Positions 58,836-64,000 of a stretch of 64,000 bases of DNA are shown here, piece after piece. The DNA is taken from positions 128,001 to 192,000 of the forward strand of contig CAVPIB010000007.1 of the NCBI GenBank assembly GCA_963704885.1, in the 5' to 3' direction. A program made the translations under genes and the position numbers. Each line of letters begins with the position of its first letter. The first letter of the stretch is position 1. Source of the stretch: an uncultured Actinomycetes bacterium (GTDB lineage Bacteria; Actinomycetota; UBA4738; HRBIN12). The notes beneath the pieces are model-generated. The model was given only the letters and a program-made list of their open reading frames with translations, was not told where the DNA came from and did no database searches.

Positions 58836-61148
58836 TCAGCTGCTCGGCTCGCTCGCCTCCACCAGCTCGGGTACCATCACCGCATCGCCGTGTCCTTCCA
58901 CGTCGATCTTCGGCAACCACTGCAGCCACTTCGGCAGGTACCAGTTGCGATCCCCGAGCAGCTTCATCGCCGACGGCACGAGGATCGACCGAACGATGGT
59001 CGCATCCAAGAACACCGCCACAGCCAGGCCGAAGCCCATCTGCTCGAGCCCGGCGATCCGTCCCGCGGAGAAGGCGGCGAACACGGCCACCATGATGATG
59101 GCGGCGCCGGTGATGATCCCACCGGTGGTTCGCAGCCCATACGCCACGGCCTCGGCGTTGTCGCCCGTCTTGTCGTACTCCTCACGGATCCGAGTTAGCA
59201 AGAAGACCTGGTAGTCCATCGAGAGCCCGAACAATATCGAGAACAGGAACAGGGGCAGCCACGACTCGATCGCATCTACCTGGATGAACCCGAATCCGTC
59301 CGCGATCGACTTCGCGAAGGCCGGACCGCCCTTCTGGAAGATCATCACGATCAGTCCGTACGCCGCCCCCACCGAAAGCAGGTTCATCACGATCGCTTTC
59401 GCCGGCACCACGATCGATCGGAACACGACCGTGAGCAGCAGGAACGAGAGCAGGAGTACGAGCACGATGATGATGGGCGTGTACTCCTCCGAGATGTCGA
59501 AGAAGTCTTTGACGATCGCGGTGTCGCCGCCGACGAGAACGCCCGCGTCTTGCCCGAACGCCTCCGGCACGTACACGTCGCGCAGCTCCGTGAGCGCCGC
59601 GACCGCGACCTCGCTTGACGCGTCGGCCGCCGCGCCGGCCATCGGGATCCGGACCAGGATCACCGCGCCGTCCTCGCTGGTGAGCGGAGGGTGCGGCTCG
59701 CCGAAGGCTGGGTTCTCGGCGACCGAATCGGTCAGCGCCTGGATGCCCTGCTCCACCGATCCGTCGGGTGCGGGGATGACCACCTCTGCCGTAGCCTGCT
59801 GACCGGCCTCGGGGAACTTCGCGATAAGGATGTTGAAGGCATCCTTCGTCTGGATCCCGTCGGGGATGGTGCTGATGCCGGAGAACCCGGTCTTGATGCC
59901 CCGCCCGTCGTCCTCGGGGTGACCCTGCGCCCAGTACGGTATGGACAGCGCGATCATGAAGGCCGAGGTCAGCACGAGCCACATGACCGGTCGCGCCATA
60001 ACGGCGCGACTCATCTTGTCCCAGAACCCGCCCACACGCCCGTGTTCCAGCGTGCGGCCGCGACCGAACACCCGACCCGGCTTGACTATCTTGTCTCCGA
60101 ACAAGGCCATGATCGCCGGGAGCATCGTCATCGACAGCGCGATCGAAACCAGAACCACGAGGATCGCGCCTCCACCGAGTGCCTTGAAGATCGTGGTCGG
60201 GACGATGAGCATCCCCGCGAGGGCAAGCACGACCGTCACACCGCTGAAGAACACCGCGCGGTTCGCGGTGGCCCCCGATCGACCGATCGCCTCGAGCGTG
60301 TCACGACCTCGCGCTCGCTCCTCTCGGAACCGAGACACGATGAACAACGAGTAGTCGATCCCGACCGCCAAGCCCATCATCGAGATCAGGTTCGTGACGA
60401 AGAAGCTGAAGTTCCAGATCTGGCCGATCAACGCTACGAGTCCCAGGGCAGTCGTGATCGCCAGGATGCCGATAGCGATAGGGGTCATACCCGCGAGCAG
60501 CGAGCCGAACACGACGAGCAGCACGATGATCGCTGCGAAGATGCCGATGGCGTCGCCCTTCTTGAAGTCCTCCTCGGAGATCTTCTTGAAGTCCTCGGTG
60601 GACGTGGGCTCCCCGAGCGCGTACATCTGCGTCGTGTCGCTGGAGTAGTGTTCGCGGATCGTCTCCAGATCCGCGACGTGCGATGCGGTTTGATCCGTGT
60701 CCCCGGAGAGTACGACGGTGAACAAGACGGCGGTGCCGTCCTCGGATGCGATCGGGCCGAGCGCGGCCACCTCAGGGTCGGCTTGCTGATCGTCGGGAAG
60801 CGGGTACATCGAGGGCACGGTCGTGACCACCTCGGAGCCCAGGGCGCGAAGATCGTCCAGAGCCGCGTTGACCGTCGTGGAGAACTCCGGATCCTGTACG
60901 GCGCCGTCGGCGCCCACCAGCACGAAGGTCTCCAGGATCAGGTCCTGTTTGAGGTCGCTCGCTGAAAGGACCTGTGCAGCCCGCTTGGCCTCAGGGTTGT
61001 TCGTGAAATCGAAGTCCGTGGTCAGGACCGGTCCAAGAAGCGTGGCTGCCGCGACGATGCCCGCCACGAGGACCGCGCCCCAGATACCCACGGTGCGCCA
61101 TGGATGCCGGCTGCTCGCTCGTGCCAATGACTCAGGATTGATCTTCAT
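58836..61148 (-). CDS. MMPL family RND transporter
   Basis: RHPW, GLAVGIDYSLFIVSRFREE, FGLSMDYQVFLLTRIREE, DATIVR, LGDRNWYLP. Confidence 0.95.
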   Translation of the reverse strand: MKINPESLARASSRHPWRTVGIWGAVLVAGIVAAATLLGPVLTTDFDFTNNPEAKRAAQVLSASDLKQDLILETFVLVGADGAVQDPEFSTTVNAALDDLRALGSEVVTTVPSMYPLPDDQQADPEVAALGPIASEDGTAVLFTVVLSGDTDQTASHVADLETIREHYSSDTTQMYALGEPTSTEDFKKISEEDFKKGDAIGIFAAIIVLLVVFGSLLAGMTPIAIGILAITTALGLVALIGQIWNFSFFVTNLISMMGLAVGIDYSLFIVSRFREERARGRDTLEAIGRSGATANRAVFFSGVTVVLALAGMLIVPTTIFKALGGGAILVVLVSIALSMTMLPAIMALFGDKIVKPGRVFGRGRTLEHGRVGGFWDKMSRAVMARPVMWLVLTSAFMIALSIPYWAQGHPEDDGRGIKTGFSGISTIPDGIQTKDAFNILIAKFPEAGQQATAEVVIPAPDGSVEQGIQALTDSVAENPAFGEPHPPLTSEDGAVILVRIPMAGAAADASSEVAVAALTELRDVYVPEAFGQDAGVLVGGDTAIVKDFFDISEEYTPIIIVLVLLLSFLLLTVVFRSIVVPAKAIVMNLLSVGAAYGLIVMIFQKGGPAFAKSIADGFGFIQVDAIESWLPLFLFSILFGLSMDYQVFLLTRIREEYDKTGDNAEAVAYGLRTTGGIITGAAIIMVAVFAAFSAGRIAGLEQMGFGLAVAVFLDATIVRSILVPSAMKLLGDRNWYLPKWLQWLPKIDVEGHGDAVMVPELVEASEPSS

Positions 61149-61181
61149 GTGTGCCCCCCTCGGCCCGCCAGTCCGCCTTGG

Positions 61182-61237
61182 CTGACGGTGTATGCTTACA
61201 GTGTACGGAGGGTATGCATACGGCGTAAGTGTGTCAA
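61182..61237. promoter_or_regulatory. divergent mmpL/tetR control region: TAC-N3-GTA operator-like sites and minus-strand TTGACA-N17-TACCCT promoter
   Basis: GTATGCTTACAGTGTACG and GTATGCATACGGCGTAAG, 22 bp apart, overlapping the promoter. Confidence 0.6.
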
Positions 61238-61265
61238 CCCTTCCGGAGAGGAAGCCTCCAACAAC

Positions 61266-61928
61266 ATGCCTCGAACGCCAGCACCAGCCAAGCAACGTGT
61301 TCCGCTCACCCGCGAGCGGATCGCTGGCGCAGCCCTCCACATCATGGACACCGAAGGCCTGGACGCCGTCTCCATGAGGCACGTCGCCCGCGAGGTCGGA
61401 GTCGAAGCGATGTCGCTTTACAACCACGTACAGGACAAGGACGACCTGCTTGGGTGTGTCCTCGAACAAGTGATGAAGGAGTTCTCGTACCCGCCCGCGA
61501 TCGATGGCGAGGACTGGCTACATCAAGCCCGGGCGCTCGCCCATGCCTGGCGGCATTTGTTGCACGATCACCCGGGCGCGCTCCAACTGTTCGCGGAACA
61601 CAAGACACCCATGGACTCCGTCGGCGGCCTGCGCCCGATGGACGCGGCCCTGACGACGCTTCGCAGCGCCGGCCTGTCTGACTCCGACGCCGTGCAGGCC
61701 TTCCACGCGATGGGTGGGTACATCTTCGGCTTCGTGATGATGGAGTCCGGTCGGCTCTTCGGCGCCGGCGAGGCCGACCCGAGGGTTTTCCCGCAGATCC
61801 CGGCCGGACAATTGCAGAGCGTCTCTGCGTGCCTGCCTTACCTCGCGGAGTGCGACATCGACGAGCAGTTCGAGTTCGGACTCGAGCTGATGCTGGAGGG
61901 ACTTCGCGCCAAGGTCAGCAGCGGCTGA
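61266..61928 (+). CDS. TetR family regulator (TetR_C type)
   Basis: LTRERIAGAAL..EGLDAVSMRHVAREVGVEAMSLYNHV.DKDDLL; FEFGLELML. Confidence 0.95.
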   Translation: MPRTPAPAKQRVPLTRERIAGAALHIMDTEGLDAVSMRHVAREVGVEAMSLYNHVQDKDDLLGCVLEQVMKEFSYPPAIDGEDWLHQARALAHAWRHLLHDHPGALQLFAEHKTPMDSVGGLRPMDAALTTLRSAGLSDSDAVQAFHAMGGYIFGFVMMESGRLFGAGEADPRVFPQIPAGQLQSVSACLPYLAECDIDEQFEFGLELMLEGLRAKVSSG

Positions 61929-62014
61929 TCGCGGTCGAGGCGTCGCTGGCGGACTCCGTGCAGGCGTCGAAACGGCATGCTCGTAGCCAGGTCAGGAGCT
62001 TGAGATGGGTGCCC

Positions 62015-62383
62015 AACGGGGGGGGCGAGCGCTTCCAGCGGTCGAGTGACGCTTGTAGCGCTGGGAGGAAGGCAGGCGGTTCATGTCCAGGCGAGGATCC
62101 GCACACGCTGAGGTGCTCACTGGATGCGCCGGCCGGTCGGCGCGATGCCCGTGGAGAACCATCGACGAGGGTAGAGCTGGCGCGAGATCCCGTAATAGCG
62201 GCACGTCCGGGGACGTGCCGGTCACCTCCTCGGCATGGCGAAGGATCGCCAGCCGCCTGAGCAGCTGCCGTGAGAGCTCTCAACTACAACCGGCCGCACG
62301 GCGGCCTCGGGGGTCAGACCCCGTATGAGAGGCTGAGGCAGAAGACGACGAGCCCGGTGTGAACGAACACCGTCAGTCGCACA
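62015..62383. mobile_element. degenerate, rearranged IS481-family transposase relic
   Basis: Minus strand: RRLAILRHAEEVTG / RYYGISRQ / LDMNRLPSSQRYKRH fragments. Plus strand: NYNRPHGGLGGQTPYERLRQKT* followed by an end reading ...CAGTCGCACA. Confidence 0.75.
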
Positions 62384-62391
62384 GAGATGGG

Positions 62392-62464
62392 TGCCCTCGG
62401 CAGGAATCGGACCTGCGACACCCGGTTTAGGAAACCGGTGCTCTATCCACTGAGCTACGAGGGC
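62392..62464 (-). tRNA. tRNA-Arg(CCT)
   Basis: GCCCTCG/CGAGGGC acceptor stem, TAGCTCAGTGGATAGAGC D arm, CCGGT-TTCCTAA-ACCGG anticodon arm, GCAGG-TCCGATT-CCTGC T arm; 73 nt. Confidence 0.93.
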
Positions 62465-62540
62465 GCTGACCTGCGAGCTTACCGTCCGAATCATCCGAGT
62501 TCCTGTTCCGGAACGGACGGCGATCGGACGACGTTCGGCC

Positions 62541-64000
62541 TCACTCGCTCAGCGACCACTCGACGGTCGTGCCCGGCGCGAGTTCGGCGACCTCGTCGCG
62601 GAATCCCACCTCGATCGTCGCTACATCGTTCGGCGGCGTGCTCAGTTTCAGGACGTCGGGAGCGACGTAAACGTGGAGAAGGTGACCCCGGTAGTGGACG
62701 TCGAACTCTAGCGCTCGGATCTCCTCGGGGATCGCTGGGTTGAACCACAAGACGTCTCCCCGTGCCTCCATACCCGTGTACCCGCGTTGGAGCAGGTCGA
62801 CGGTGCCCGCCATCGCGCCCAGGTGGATCCCTTCGGACGTCGTGCCGCCCTGCACGTCAGCGACGTCGCTCTCGAGGGCCTCGGAGAACAGCCCCCAGGA
62901 GAGCTCGCGGTCCGAACGAGCCACGACCCACGCATGGACGACACGGGACAGGGTGGAGCCGTGCGATGTGCGCGAGAGGTAGTAGTCGATGGTCCTCGGG
63001 ATCGCCTCGGGCGGCAGCTCGTAGCCGAGTCGCTCGAGGAGCTCCCGCAGCTCGTCGGCGGACAGCAGGTAGAAGAGCATGAGCACATCGGCCTGCTTCG
63101 AGACCTTGTACCGGTTCGGAGTGTCGCCCTCGGCTTCGAGGATCCGGTCCAGACGCGTGATGTCCCCGTATCGCTCCCGGTACCCGCCCAGTCGAATTCC
63201 TCCAGGAGCTCCTCGTACCCGTCGAACTGACTGATGACGCCGTCGTGGAAGGGGACGAACATCTTCCGGCTGATGTCCTCCCATCGTTCGAGCTCCTCAA
63301 GGGTGAGGCGGAGCGTCGCGGAGAGCGCCTCGCGATCGTGGACCGCCAGTCCGTCGATCAGCTCCAGCGTGCGGCAGAACAGCCAAACGGCCATGACGTT
63401 GGTGTACGCGTTGTTGTTCAAGCCGGGCTCGTCGCGGTCGGGGTACGCATCGTGATACTCGTCAGGCCCCATCACACCGCAGATCTCGTATCGATCGGAC
63501 GCAGGATCGAAGGTGGCGGCGCTCGCGAAGAACCGGGCGATCTCGATCAGCAGCGGAGCCCCACGGTAGCGCAGGAACTCGGCGTCCCCGCTGATCTGGT
63601 GGTACTGCCAGACGTTGTAAGCCACGGCGAGACCGATATGCCGCTGGAGGTAGGAGTGGTCGGGGAGCCACCGTCCCGAATGGGGGTTCAGATGCAGGGA
63701 TTGGCTCTCCTCCCTCCCGCTGCTCCCCGATTGCCAGGGGAAGAGCGCGCCCTCGAAGCCGGCCCTGCGTGCGGCCGACCTCGCCTCCGGGAGCCGTCGG
63801 AACCGGTAGTTCAGCAGGCTCCTCGTGAGGACCGGGAGCCGGAAGCTCAACAGGGGGAAGATGAACAGCTCGTCCCAGAAGATATGCCCGCGGTACGCCT
63901 CGCCATGCAGTCCGCGCGCCGGGACGCTCACGTCCAGCCCGATGATGTTCGGCGAGACGGTCTGCAGCAAGTGGAAGACGTGCAGGCGCAGGATCATCTG
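62541..64000 (-). CDS. glycoside hydrolase family 65 (trehalose/maltose phosphorylase-like), 3' part, frameshifted at about 63184
   Basis: ARGLHGEAYRGHIFWDE, GVMGPDEYH, NNAYTN in one frame; KQADVLML, HGSTLS, EGIHLGAMAG in the next. Confidence 0.9.

Overview
High-GC bacterial DNA, most likely Actinomycetota (ilvB leader-peptide attenuator, probable leaderless mRNAs, MMPL/TetR pair, large NAD-glutamate dehydrogenase). Core genes: ilvD-thrC, an attenuated orf-ilvB-ilvN-ilvC-leuA-leuB-cimA operon, dacB, gdhB, tRNA-Arg(CCT) and a GH65 gene. Two accessory loci stand out. (1) 30.4-38.7 kb, one strand: an alpha-oxoamine-synthase (BioF/CqsA-type) PLP enzyme, a PAS histidine kinase, an MFS exporter and a GAF-PAS-GGDEF-EAL protein. 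The kinase and the c-di-GMP enzyme share the same multi-TM N-terminal domain. This looks like an undescribed synthase-exporter-dual-receptor (quorum-sensing-like) system. (2) 4.8-18.2 kb: two convergent operons with a shared GAAC operator-like motif. They encode DeoR, a nucleotidyltransferase-fold protein, a metallophosphoesterase, an APC permease, two dimethylglycine-dehydrogenase-like enzymes, two choline-kinase-like enzymes, a histidine phosphatase and a GCS2 ligase, suggesting an unknown amine catabolic pathway. Also seen: a secreted allene-oxide-cyclase-like protein with a deleted twin, a USP-USP-Rieske fusion, two pseudo-receiver proteins, a pyrrolysine-free MttB/corrinoid pair, a CTAG-bounded palindrome present twice, a scrambled IS481 relic flanked by a 13-bp duplication of the tRNA 3' end, and several small indels that may be assembly errors. 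All calls come from motif recognition by eye; no searches were run.
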